A DNA stretch of 64,000 nt from a virus. Lineage: Duplodnaviria > Caudoviricetes. The notes beneath the pieces were generated by a model. It had not been told where the DNA came from and searched no databases. It worked only from the letters and a program-made list of their open reading frames with translations. The stretch lies in IMG/VR virus record IMGVR_UViG_3300037400_006004, positions 1-64,000 of that record. The stretch is one strand, 5' to 3'. Below, in pieces: positions 28,610 through 38,332 of this stretch (the stretch's first letter is position 1; every line of letters begins with the position of its first letter). The translations under genes were made by a program, and so were the position numbers.

Positions 28610-28707
28610 GGGAGCTTACTGGAAGTGGTCATAACCAGTGAGTATAGAGTACTATATACAAAAGCCTTTGCGGAGGCACATTCGTTCGAATCGAATAGTT
28701 CCCACCA
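28610..28707 (+). ncRNA. Class-II tRNA-like RNA with non-canonical anticodon arm
   Basis: Acceptor GGGAGCT/AGTTCCC-ACCA, D arm CTGG/CCAG, long variable arm and perfect T arm; no canonical 7-nt anticodon loop. Confidence 0.7.
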
Positions 28708-28744
28708 ATTTTATCTATTTATACATTATCCTCCTAGATTATTA

Positions 28745-28776
28745 TTTGCTCTTATGGATTTTTCCATAAGAGCAAA
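28745..28776 (+). terminator. Terminator after tRNA cluster
   Basis: TTTGCTCTTATGGA / TCCATAAGAGCAAA. Confidence 0.7.
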
Positions 28777-28824
28777 ATTTTCAACATCACTTTATTATAT
28801 TATATAAAGAAAGGAAGTGTTATA

Positions 28825-30150
28825 ATGAATATTACTTTTGGTAATACAGGTCGAGAAGAAAAAATAGTTAATCAAACATATAGTACTATATCAATATGTA
28901 GTTCAGCTAACTCTTTATCTTCAATTATAGGTTCTGTAACGAGTTATATTACTGAATACTTTAAATCAAAATTTCCAGAAAAGTATTTTAAAGAAACTTA
29001 TATTTCTTCTACAATGGCAGCAAGTGCTATTCAAAAAGATTATTTTGAACCTAAAAAGAGACCTTATTTATTTATACAACCTCAATTTGATTTATCAGAA
29101 GGTATAATGGGTCAGTTACCTATGTTATTTACTGATTATTCTTGGGTTTATTTACAAAATCTTAGAAAAAATTATAATTTAATATTTGAAGATCCAAATA
29201 CTGGTATAAGAATATTTAATGCATTTAAAAGAACTAAAATTCAATTTAGAATAGGTATTAGAGTTAATTCTGAAATGCAAGGATGGAACTGTTTATCATA
29301 TATAGATCAGAATTTCCAAACAAATGGATGGTTTTTCTTAAATAAAATATTTTTACAAACACAAGTTCCTCCTTTTATTATAGAAAATATAGCAAATAGA
29401 TTAAATTATGATCTTTCAGATCCTTTAGATCAAGAAAGAATGGAAGATTTTATGATGCAGTATTCTTATAATGGAATATATTTAACTAAAGATTTAGCTA
29501 CTGGTAATGATAGGTTTATGTATAAATATCCAGTAAATATCTTAGTCAATTATCCAGATATGTCAAGTAATAATAGAAATATGAGACAAAATGTAATTCA
29601 AAATTCTCAAATTGAATATCAAATTACTGCAGAATTATGGACTCCTTCTATGTTTATTATGGAATTAGATAATATGGAAAGATTCAAAAATATTAAACTT
29701 ATACAACCTTCAAATTATGAAGATGGTACATATAGATTCTCAATGGTTCTTAATGAAGATTATATTCCATATACTAAAAATGATAGAAATATTATATTTA
29801 GACGAAACTTTATTCCTGAAGTAAATGTTGAATATGATACGGTAGATCTTAAAGCCGTTCTTCCAACAAATGTGCATAAAGTATGTGATTTATTAAAAAA
29901 ATATAGAATAAAAATGAGTAAAGTTTTTACAGTAGATTTATATATAAACGGTAAATTACTATTTCCTGAAAATTATAGTTTTGATGAAAAAGATTTTATT
30001 CTTAAAACAAAAAATCCTATGTCAAATACTACATATACAGTTGTATGTTATGCTGATATGGGTATAATAAATAAGATTAATGACTTAATGGGTGAAGATA
30101 AAGCATCAGACAAAGAACTTGATGAATTATTAAAAAATTTAAAAAAATAA
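28825..30150 (+). CDS. Hypothetical, probably virion structural protein
   Basis: 441 aa; late promoter 28783-28794. Confidence 0.55.
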   Translation: MNITFGNTGREEKIVNQTYSTISICSSANSLSSIIGSVTSYITEYFKSKFPEKYFKETYISSTMAASAIQKDYFEPKKRPYLFIQPQFDLSEGIMGQLPMLFTDYSWVYLQNLRKNYNLIFEDPNTGIRIFNAFKRTKIQFRIGIRVNSEMQGWNCLSYIDQNFQTNGWFFLNKIFLQTQVPPFIIENIANRLNYDLSDPLDQERMEDFMMQYSYNGIYLTKDLATGNDRFMYKYPVNILVNYPDMSSNNRNMRQNVIQNSQIEYQITAELWTPSMFIMELDNMERFKNIKLIQPSNYEDGTYRFSMVLNEDYIPYTKNDRNIIFRRNFIPEVNVEYDTVDLKAVLPTNVHKVCDLLKKYRIKMSKVFTVDLYINGKLLFPENYSFDEKDFILKTKNPMSNTTYTVVCYADMGIINKINDLMGEDKASDKELDELLKNLKK

Positions 30151-30213
30151 CAGGATAGGTAAATTTTACCTATCCTGATATTATAGGGTATAATTATGAT
30201 GTAGATCTATTCA

Positions 30214-30420
30214 TTAATTCCAATCATCATAATTATACCCAAATGAATCTTCAGTATACCCTCTATCGTCTGCACTCTCCTCTCGTTTCGGGGCATCTGC
30301 TTTAATATTATAACGTTGAGCATACATTTCTGCCTGATCTTTAGAATGGCACGACTTGACTACTTTACCAGTTTTACTGTCAATGACATTGCCGTCTAAA
30401 CAAAAATATCTTGGTTTCAT
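30214..30420 (-). CDS. Small early hypothetical protein
   Basis: AAGGAGG RBS; TATATTAT at 30451; higher GC. Confidence 0.65.
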   Translation of the reverse strand: MKPRYFCLDGNVIDSKTGKVVKSCHSKDQAEMYAQRYNIKADAPKREESADDRGYTEDSFGYNYDDWN

Positions 30421-30497
30421 TTTATGTACCTCCTTTGTACATTCAATAATATAATATATATTTGTTTCCCATATAGATAATTCTATATGGGAAACTT

Positions 30498-31124
30498 TTA
30501 TTTACCTTCTCCATATTCGGATAAAAATCCTTCAACAAATCCTTCTAACCAATCAATGGTAAAAGGTTCTTCTTTATATTCGTTACAACGTTCTTCTATA
30601 AAATCTTCTAATTCTTCATCATCTAAATGACCACAAAGCATTTCTTTACATACAGTTTCTATTTGACTTTTGATTACTGGATTAAAATCAGGTAATTCAT
30701 TATTAAAATCTTGAAAACCATACTGAGATAAATTTGGGTTATCGACTAATTTAAGTTCAACTCTTCTAGTCATATCCATTCCTAAACTAATAGATGCTAT
30801 TAATGATTTATTAGTCATATCAACTCCATTTTCAGCTAATTCTGCCATTTTATCATTTATCATATTTTGAATAACTTTAGGTTTAAATAAATCATTCATA
30901 TTAATATTATCATTTAAATAATTTGTAATTTCTTCTTTTGTTTTAAAATCTTTAGTTGCAGTCATTAATTGTTGTCTAGTAAAACTCCATAAAAAATTAT
31001 CAACTTCTTCTATATTATTTTTATCGATATCATTTATATGACTTATGAATTCTGGAAGATTTTCTATAAAATTAACATTGGGTTTATTAAGTTCACCTTC
31101 TGCATGAATCTCTGAATTTAACAT
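30498..31124 (-). CDS. Acidic early hypothetical protein
   Basis: 208 aa; TATATTAT at 31152; terminator 30464-30495. Confidence 0.65.
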   Translation of the reverse strand: MLNSEIHAEGELNKPNVNFIENLPEFISHINDIDKNNIEEVDNFLWSFTRQQLMTATKDFKTKEEITNYLNDNINMNDLFKPKVIQNMINDKMAELAENGVDMTNKSLIASISLGMDMTRRVELKLVDNPNLSQYGFQDFNNELPDFNPVIKSQIETVCKEMLCGHLDDEELEDFIEERCNEYKEEPFTIDWLEGFVEGFLSEYGEGK

Positions 31125-31235
31125 AAAAATTCCTCACTTTCAAAGTTCAGTATAATATAATATTATATTTCAATTTTTTTAATAAATATTTATAAAACAA
31201 CCTAATAAATTTATATTGAAAGGTGGAAACACACT

Positions 31236-32003
31236 ATGATGTTAGAAAAAAACGAAGATAAAAGCTTAAGTAACTACGATCAACGAGATATTTTGAGTAA
31301 CCTTTCTTCGGAGATATCCTTAGATACAATATCACAACAGATAGAAAAACTTTTTGATGAGGATGATACACCTAAAAATAGCAGTGATGTATTTGAAAGT
31401 TTTATTCAACAGTATAATTTCTTAAAAGAAAAATATAAGGATAATGAAGAATTTTTACCAGAATTAGAACAAATTGTAGATGAAGCTTCTACAAATATTA
31501 TGTCTTCTATTGAAGAAAAATTTGATTTTAAAGTTACTTTTAGTGAAGCATTACCAACTCAGGATAAACTTCATTATATTCACATGATTTATAATTTCTT
31601 TATTAATTATGTAGAAGATAATATGGAAAGCTTATTCTTTAATTATTTTGTAGAACATTTTGATGAATTTCCTACAAGAGAAGTTAACACTAAGGACCAG
31701 ACATACATTAATTTTAAAGGAATTATTCCTTCAGAATCATTGAATCAAGTTTATAATTTTGTAGATAATATTGAAACTATTAAGACTTATAAACTATTTG
31801 CAGAAGATATTATTGAACTTATGGTTGAAAATGATCCAATGAAAGAATGTAACTTCTGGATTACTAAGATTTTTATAGATAATCTATTTACTGATGTTGC
31901 TTATGGTGATGGATTTAAAGACGCTATTTTAAAAATTGCATTTAATTCTAATAAAATTTATAAGGTACAAAATCTAATCATAAAGAAATATGCTAATAAA
32001 TAA
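31236..32003 (+). CDS. Hypothetical late protein
   Basis: 255 aa; late promoter 31196-31207; terminator 32009-32041. Confidence 0.65.
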   Translation: MMLEKNEDKSLSNYDQRDILSNLSSEISLDTISQQIEKLFDEDDTPKNSSDVFESFIQQYNFLKEKYKDNEEFLPELEQIVDEASTNIMSSIEEKFDFKVTFSEALPTQDKLHYIHMIYNFFINYVEDNMESLFFNYFVEHFDEFPTREVNTKDQTYINFKGIIPSESLNQVYNFVDNIETIKTYKLFAEDIIELMVENDPMKECNFWITKIFIDNLFTDVAYGDGFKDAILKIAFNSNKIYKVQNLIIKKYANK

Positions 32004-32045
32004 AATTTAATTCCTATAGAGATAATTTCTCTATAGGAATTATAA

Positions 32046-32438
32046 TTAATGATTTTTCATTTTTTCTCTAGCTAGATAAGTTCTTCCCATTCTACCTAAT
32101 TTTCTAAAATCTTTATCTGAGTTTATATCATATTCATGTGTTGTTTCATTATTTCCATTTTTAATTCTCAATTTCTTTTCTTTACGATTATATTCTATTT
32201 TAGATTTTGGATCTAATTTATTAATATCTATGTTTCCTTTTCTAACTTCATTAGCTATTCCTATTGTTGAAGCCATATCTCTATCACGTTGTCTATCTTT
32301 ATGTATTCCATAAAGTACACTTCCAGCTACACCTGCTGCTGATAATCCAGCTGCAATTTTAGCTCCTTTATTTTCATTAAGAATATCATATAAAGCATCA
32401 TAGTAACCTTCCATAAAAATTTCATCATAAGTAGCCAT
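32046..32438 (-). CDS. Putative internal head protein (FMEGY...LNE leader family)
   Basis: MATYDEIFMEGYYDALYDILNE followed by a Gly/Ala hydrophobic segment; late promoter 32469-32480. Confidence 0.55.
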   Translation of the reverse strand: MATYDEIFMEGYYDALYDILNENKGAKIAAGLSAAGVAGSVLYGIHKDRQRDRDMASTIGIANEVRKGNIDINKLDPKSKIEYNRKEKKLRIKNGNNETTHEYDINSDKDFRKLGRMGRTYLAREKMKNH

Positions 32439-32530
32439 ATCAAATACCTTCTTTCATAAATAATTTAATAATTATTAGTTTTTTTTTAAATAAACTAATC
32501 TTTATAAATCTTAAAAAAGAAGGTGTTATT

Positions 32531-33268
32531 ATGCTTAAATTTTTAGAGCAAGATGGAGAATCTATTAGATTTACAGGCGATATTCTTAACGTATATTTAC
32601 CTAAGAATTATTTTGAATCTGGTGTTGCTTCATATAATGGTAATGAAGTAAATACTATTGCATATTTCTTTTTTGAAGTAAAAACTTTTGCAATGGAAGA
32701 AAAAGATGAAATGGGTCATATATATACTTTTAAACTTCCTGCTAGAATAGTATTTGAATTTGATGATAAGAATTCAAAAACTATGAATATTAAAGATACT
32801 GGTGATATTCAGTATGATATTCTTACTATGAATAGAGGAAGTATTTTTGTAAAAAATATTAACGTAGAAAAATCAGCTGCAAACGCTAAAGACTTTTTAT
32901 ATATGTTACATAAAGGACGTTTTCCTTCTTTAATTCCATATGATGAAATTATTAAAATTTATATGCAAAATATTGATCTTAATGGAATGGATTTAGGTTG
33001 TCAAAATACTATTTATGAGATGATGATTGGTGAATTAATGAGAAATAAGAAAAATGTTAAAGAACCTTTTAGAAAAACTGCAAATAAAGCTAATGTATCT
33101 CCTCTTGACTATAAAAATATTAATATGAAGAATATTGCATTCTTTAGTAGTTCTTACTCAGCAATTGGCTTTGAAGATATGAATAAGGCATTAATTAGTT
33201 CTACGGCTAAAGCGCTTAATAATGAAAAAGAAATTACTTCTCCTGTTGAGAAAGTTCTTAAATATTAA
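32531..33268 (+). CDS. RNA polymerase beta' C-terminal split subunit
   Basis: LNGMDLGCQNTIYEMMIGELMR and SSYSAIGFEDMNKALISS align by eye to beta' QGVKINDKHIEVIVRQML and SFISAASFQETTRVLTEA. Confidence 0.65.
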   Translation: MLKFLEQDGESIRFTGDILNVYLPKNYFESGVASYNGNEVNTIAYFFFEVKTFAMEEKDEMGHIYTFKLPARIVFEFDDKNSKTMNIKDTGDIQYDILTMNRGSIFVKNINVEKSAANAKDFLYMLHKGRFPSLIPYDEIIKIYMQNIDLNGMDLGCQNTIYEMMIGELMRNKKNVKEPFRKTANKANVSPLDYKNINMKNIAFFSSSYSAIGFEDMNKALISSTAKALNNEKEITSPVEKVLKY

Positions 33269-33370
33269 AAAAAAATAACCCTTATGGATTTTTTCCATAA
33301 GGGTTTTTATATTTATATTATTTATTTGAAATAATAAATTTTAATATTTTAAAAAGTGAGGTATGTAAAT

Positions 33371-34747
33371 ATGATTAAAATTAGTTGTCATGAAGATATC
33401 ATTAATTATTGTCAAGAAAATAATATAGGTGTTGAAACATTTAATGAACCAGTAGAAATCGTTATAAAAAATACTACTAATTTATCAGAATTATTTTCTA
33501 ATTGTAAACTTTTTAATCAGCCTGTAATCATTCCTGAAGGTACAACAAATACATCATTTATGTTTGTAGGATGTATATCGTTCAATCAGCCTGTAACTAT
33601 TCCTGATACCGTACAATATACTAACAATATGTTTGATACGTGTATTAAATTTAATCAACCAATAATATTACCAGCAGAATTAAAAGAAGCTATCGAAATG
33701 TTTCTAGACTGTTATACATTTAATAGTCCTGTTTCTTTTGAAAAAATTAAAAGTTATCAACATAGAAAAATGTTAACTTTAGATTCTATGTTCGAAAACT
33801 GTCATAAATTTAATCAACCAGTTAATATTCCATATGCTAATTCTTGTGAAGGAATGTTTCAAAATTGTTACAACTTTAATAGTAAAATAAATTTTGTAGA
33901 ATATGATAAATGGTATGATATTTACACAAAAGAAGAAGATCCTCTTACTTTAACAAGATTTCTTTTTAATTGTTATTCTTTTAATCAAAAGATTGAATTT
34001 CCCAATCAATTTACTAGATATGTAACAAAAGCATTTGAAAATTGTTATTCATTTAACCAAGAAGTAGTTTTTGATGGATGGACTAAACATTTAGAACATG
34101 CTTTCCGTAATTGTACCGAATTTAATTCTAATATTACACTACCAAAAAACAAACGAGATATCTGCGTTAATGGATTACTAGAAGGATGTATTAGTTTTAA
34201 TTCTTCTATTATAACAGATATAATTCCTTACAGTATTGAAGGAATGTTTAAAAATTGTAAAAATTTAACACATTTAAGCTTAGATATAAAAGGAATTTTA
34301 GATAATTACAATATTAAAGAAATTTTTAAAAATTGTGATAAACTCAGATTCGATGAACCTTTAAATATATTTGACAATATAAAAGATATTAAACATAGAT
34401 ATGAATATTATGAAGATGCTTTTGCAGGAACAAATATTGATTTAAAAAGTAAAATAGAAAATTTTAAAAATGTTACTACATTAATGAAGTTTTTTGCTTT
34501 TGTAAGTAAATATGATTTTGATCGATTTAAAGAAAGAGTAAAAGTTAAAATAAATGATACAAATATTACGGTTAGTTTAAAATCATTCTTATCAACTAGA
34601 TTTACACATAAAAATGATTATACTTATATGTATAATGATTATACAGAAACAATTACAGTATTATATGATAATGAATATACTCGTAGAAATCCTATATCAG
34701 ATCATGCTATTGCTAAGATGCTTTTAGATAGCACACTTGAAAAATAA
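33371..34747 (+). CDS. BspA/DUF285-like LRR repeat protein with array-type C-terminal module
   Basis: Degenerate MF..C..FNQP repeats; ends PISDHAIAKMLLDSTLEK; TATATTAT at 33314. Confidence 0.75.
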   Translation: MIKISCHEDIINYCQENNIGVETFNEPVEIVIKNTTNLSELFSNCKLFNQPVIIPEGTTNTSFMFVGCISFNQPVTIPDTVQYTNNMFDTCIKFNQPIILPAELKEAIEMFLDCYTFNSPVSFEKIKSYQHRKMLTLDSMFENCHKFNQPVNIPYANSCEGMFQNCYNFNSKINFVEYDKWYDIYTKEEDPLTLTRFLFNCYSFNQKIEFPNQFTRYVTKAFENCYSFNQEVVFDGWTKHLEHAFRNCTEFNSNITLPKNKRDICVNGLLEGCISFNSSIITDIIPYSIEGMFKNCKNLTHLSLDIKGILDNYNIKEIFKNCDKLRFDEPLNIFDNIKDIKHRYEYYEDAFAGTNIDLKSKIENFKNVTTLMKFFAFVSKYDFDRFKERVKVKINDTNITVSLKSFLSTRFTHKNDYTYMYNDYTETITVLYDNEYTRRNPISDHAIAKMLLDSTLEK

Positions 34748-34830
34748 AAATATTTCTTAAGGAAATTTTCCTTAAGAAATATATATACAAATATAAAATA
34801 TAATATTTTAAGTCTAAAGGAGAAAATATT

Positions 34831-36072
34831 ATGAATAAATATATCATTATTAATGGAGAAAAATACAATAATATAGGTGATTATTGTGCAAAACAAGGTA
34901 TATCACTGGAATGTTTTAATCAACCAGTTATTATTCCTGAAGGAGTAAAAGATTGTTCGAGTATGTTTCAATGGTGTGAATCATTTAATCAGCCAGTTAT
35001 TATTCCAAAAGGTGTTAAAGATTGTTCGAGTATGTTTAGTGATTGTACATCTTTTAATCAGCCAATAATTATTCCAGAAAGTGTTGAAGATTGTTCGAGT
35101 ATGTTTGCTGGTTGCAAATCTTTTAATCAACCAATAATTATTCCTGAAGGAATGGATAATTGTAACTTTATATTCTATAATTGTACATCTTTTAATCAAC
35201 CAGTTACTATTCCAGAAGGTGTTGAAAGTTGTTTATATATGTTTGCTGGTTGCAAATCTTTTAATCAACCAGTTACTATTCCAGAAGGTGTTGAAAGTTG
35301 TTTATATATGTTTGCTGGTTGCAAATCTTTTAATCAACCAGTTACTATTCCAGAAGGTGTTGAAGATTGTTCGTATATGTTCTATAATTGCAAATCTTTT
35401 AATCAACCAGTTACTATTCCAGAAGGTGTTGAAGATTGTTCGTATATGTTCTATAATTGTACATCTTTTAATCAACCAGTTACTATTCCAGAAGGTGTTG
35501 AAAGTTGTTTGTATATGTTCTATAATTGCAAATCTTTTAATCAACCAGTTACTATTCCAGAAGGTGTTGAAGATTGTTCGTATATGTTCTATAATTGCAA
35601 ATCTTTTAATCAGCCAATAATTATTCCAAAAAGTGTTAATGGATATCTTAGAATGTTTACAGAATGTTGTAATTTTACAGAAAGTGTAGTTTTAATTATA
35701 GGAAAAAAGAAAGATATATACATATTTGATAATCAAAGATACCTGATAAATGGAAAAGAATATAGTAATGAAGACCTTCCATATATTAAATTTAAATCTA
35801 CTGATAAAATAAAAATTGATGTTAAATGTAATAAAATTATAGTTGAAAATGAAATTGATGCATTTAGATTTAAAACTGCAACTTTTACAAATAGTGATAT
35901 TATTACTTTCAAAATAAATGGAAATATTTATCGTAAAACACAATTAAAGAATTTTAGAATAAATAAAAATGATAAATTTGAATATGATAAAAAGACTAAA
36001 ACATTAACCTTTTTTAATGAAATAGATGAAGCTAGAATAGCTAAAAGTATGATTAATAGAGCATTATCTTAA
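34831..36072 (+). CDS. BspA/DUF285-like LRR repeat protein with array-type C-terminal module
   Basis: Eleven 23-aa FNQPVTIPEGV..C..MF..C.S repeats; ends EIDEARIAKSMINRALS. Confidence 0.8.
   Translation: MNKYIIINGEKYNNIGDYCAKQGISLECFNQPVIIPEGVKDCSSMFQWCESFNQPVIIPKGVKDCSSMFSDCTSFNQPIIIPESVEDCSSMFAGCKSFNQPIIIPEGMDNCNFIFYNCTSFNQPVTIPEGVESCLYMFAGCKSFNQPVTIPEGVESCLYMFAGCKSFNQPVTIPEGVEDCSYMFYNCKSFNQPVTIPEGVEDCSYMFYNCTSFNQPVTIPEGVESCLYMFYNCKSFNQPVTIPEGVEDCSYMFYNCKSFNQPIIIPKSVNGYLRMFTECCNFTESVVLIIGKKKDIYIFDNQRYLINGKEYSNEDLPYIKFKSTDKIKIDVKCNKIIVENEIDAFRFKTATFTNSDIITFKINGNIYRKTQLKNFRINKNDKFEYDKKTKTLTFFNEIDEARIAKSMINRALS
34915..35673 (+). repeat. 69-bp tandem repeat, 11 copies (coding)
   Basis: Unit e.g. 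35191-35259, followed by an identical copy. Confidence 0.9.
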
Positions 36073-36126
36073 GCTATAACGAATAAAAATAACTCATAGA
36101 ATACATATTCTATGAGTTATTTTTTT

Positions 36127-36516
36127 TTATAGCATATTTTCTTTTTTCATTCTAGCAGCTCTAACAGCATTTATATTAGCTATAGATTTTTCATGTTCAG
36201 CTTGAGCTTTTCTACGTTTATTCTTAGATTCTTTTTCTTCAACTTCTGCTTTCTGTTTTCTTTCTTCCATTTTAAGTCTCTTCCAAGTTTTAAAGTTTGG
36301 ATACATTTTAGGATTTCTTCTATGATCCAGCTCGTATTTTCTCATTTCTTTATCTTCAAAGTTATCAATACTAAGTTGTCCACCTGCTTGCTGATATGCA
36401 AGATATCTCATTTTCTTTTTTCTATCTTCTTTCTCTCTTTCTTTATCAGCTGCTTTAAATTCTTTTTTAGCTTTAATACTTTGAATTATACTTTCAACTA
36501 AATATGTGTTTTTCAT
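36127..36516 (-). CDS. Basic hypothetical late protein
   Basis: Lys/Arg/Glu-rich, 129 aa. Confidence 0.6.
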   Translation of the reverse strand: MKNTYLVESIIQSIKAKKEFKAADKEREKEDRKKKMRYLAYQQAGGQLSIDNFEDKEMRKYELDHRRNPKMYPNFKTWKRLKMEERKQKAEVEEKESKNKRRKAQAEHEKSIANINAVRAARMKKENML

Positions 36517-37199
36517 ATTTCCACCACCTCATATCTATTATTATCTTCATCATAAGCAAATTCTTCTTCTTCAACAGTATCAAATCTTACAATTTTAATA
36601 ACAGATGTATCAAAACCACTATCTTCAATAATATTATAGTCTTCATCTATTACATAAAGTTCTTTATCTTTTGTACATACAATAGTATATTCATCTGGTA
36701 AGACTTGTTTCTTTTTAGTTTCTTGCTTTTTGGTTTCTTCACCTTCAGATAATCTAGCTTCAAGAATTTTATCAATTTCAGCATCAGATGGTTGTTCTAC
36801 TGGAATATTCTCTTCATCTTCAATAGCACTCTGTTTAAGAATACTTTTATCATTTTTATTAAGTAACTTATAAATTTCAAGAACTTCTTGGCTAACACCA
36901 GATGCTTGTTCTTCAAGTTTATTATTAGCAGTAAACATTTTAGTTTCAATTTCCATCTTAGCTTTTTTAATATTAGTTAATTCTTTAATAATATTTAATT
37001 TTTTCTCTTTAATTGAAATTAAATTAGCTGTTTGTGAAGCCATAAAAACAGGGTTAGCTCTAGTTGGTGTCTTACTTACAGCATCTAATCTAGTCTTAGC
37101 TTCTCCAAAAAGAACATCTAAAGAAGATAATTCATCTTTAAGCATTTGATATTCTTCATCAAGTTCTTCTGGTGTAAGAACTAACTTATTTCCAGCCAT
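36513..37199 (-). CDS. Coiled-coil/acidic hypothetical late protein
   Basis: Late promoter 37227-37238. Confidence 0.65.
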   Translation of the reverse strand: MAGNKLVLTPEELDEEYQMLKDELSSLDVLFGEAKTRLDAVSKTPTRANPVFMASQTANLISIKEKKLNIIKELTNIKKAKMEIETKMFTANNKLEEQASGVSQEVLEIYKLLNKNDKSILKQSAIEDEENIPVEQPSDAEIDKILEARLSEGEETKKQETKKKQVLPDEYTIVCTKDKELYVIDEDYNIIEDSGFDTSVIKIVRFDTVEEEEFAYDEDNNRYEVVEI

Positions 37200-37291
37200 T
37201 TGTATCACTCCTTTATTAAATAATAATAATCTATAGTTTTTATAATAATGAAAAAAAAAAGACTACCTCAAGTTATGAGGTAGTCTTTAAT

Positions 37292-37846
37292 TTATTCTTC
37301 GTCTTCTTCTTTTAAGTCATCATGAAAAATTGAATATATAAAGTATTTACCAAAATAAAGCTTCATATATTCTTTTAATACTGGGTCATTCGATTCATTG
37401 ATGATATTTTTAAGTTTTCCTTCATCTAAAACAACCTTTTCTTCATCTTCGAATCTATAAACTAAAATAAACGAAGTAAATACTTCGCTATCCCAGCTTC
37501 CAGTAATAGGATATTGGTATATAATTGGCTCACCATCAGAAGCTTTCTTAAGATCTCCAACAGCTAAATTTAGTTCAAGACCTTTTATCATAATAGATGC
37601 TTTTCGATTACTATCAAATTTAATAATATGAGAATTATAATCATCATTAAGTTTCATCCAAGCCTCCGTCTTTACAGTATTTCCAAAGTCTTTCTGAAAT
37701 CCATTTGAAATTCCTTCATACTTTTCTTGAAATACTGAAGGATGTCTATATTCATCGATTCTATATGAAACTGTTCCATTTTCATTAATAACACGACAAA
37801 TATATATTCCTTCTTCTGTAGGTTTTTCGCTTATATGAGTAAACAT
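37292..37846 (-). CDS. Hypothetical protein with DUF551-like N-terminus
   Basis: ISEKPTEEGIYIC...EAWMKL. Confidence 0.55.
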   Translation of the reverse strand: MFTHISEKPTEEGIYICRVINENGTVSYRIDEYRHPSVFQEKYEGISNGFQKDFGNTVKTEAWMKLNDDYNSHIIKFDSNRKASIMIKGLELNLAVGDLKKASDGEPIIYQYPITGSWDSEVFTSFILVYRFEDEEKVVLDEGKLKNIINESNDPVLKEYMKLYFGKYFIYSIFHDDLKEEDEE

Positions 37847-37848
37847 AA

Positions 37849-38007
37849 TTAATAACCTCCTCTACATGCAAGTTTTTCCTTTTGTTTCTTTTTATTTGGA
37901 ATAACTTTAGCAGCAGGGTTCATTGCACCCCAAGTGTTTCTTTTAGAATTATTAATTTTCTTCTGCTCTTTTTTAGATAATTTTTCAAATGAAATAAACT
38001 TTTCCAT
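37849..38007 (-). CDS. Small basic protein (52 aa, not in ORF track)
   Basis: MEKFISFEKLSKKEQKKINNSKRNTWGAMNPAAKVIPNKKK...; GGAGGG RBS. Confidence 0.65.
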   Translation of the reverse strand: MEKFISFEKLSKKEQKKINNSKRNTWGAMNPAAKVIPNKKKQKEKLACRGGY

Positions 38008-38035
38008 ATTATATCCCTCCATAAATAGAATGTTA

Positions 38036-38269
38036 TTATTTACCTTTCTTTTTTATACTTTTTATGTGATCATAAGGTTTTTTACCGAACCTCCTACAAT
38101 AATTTATAAATATAACTCCATTTATATTATTATGTGATGGTAACGCAAAACTTTCCTTTTGTGAATTTATATAAATTATATGCTCACCGTCATTTCGGAC
38201 AAAAGTAAAGCCATCATTTTTCAAAATCTTTTGAAAATCCTTCTTTTTGATATTAGACAATACGCTCAT
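38036..38269 (-). CDS. hicA: HicA-family mRNA interferase-like protein (orphan)
   Basis: KILKNDGFTFVRNDGEHIIY...LPSH; early promoter 38316-38323. Confidence 0.65.
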   Translation of the reverse strand: MSVLSNIKKKDFQKILKNDGFTFVRNDGEHIIYINSQKESFALPSHNNINGVIFINYCRRFGKKPYDHIKSIKKKGK

Positions 38270-38332
38270 TGTAATCTCTCCCTAAAAATATAATTTTGGT
38301 AAATCTACCACGATAATAATATAAATTTAAAA

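Noticed and set aside
28647-28654. Amber-suppressor or Tyr anticodon in the tRNA-like RNA (CTA or GTA in the loop)
   Set aside because: Neither triplet sits in a canonical 7-nt loop with U33 and purine 37
28625-28807. 60-aa ORF in the track
   Set aside because: Overlaps the tRNA-like RNA and its terminator; no RBS
34915-35673. CRISPR array or DGR template/variable repeat
   Set aside because: Units are contiguous, in-frame coding repeats with no unique spacers; differences are not restricted to adenines; no cas or reverse transcriptase gene in the window
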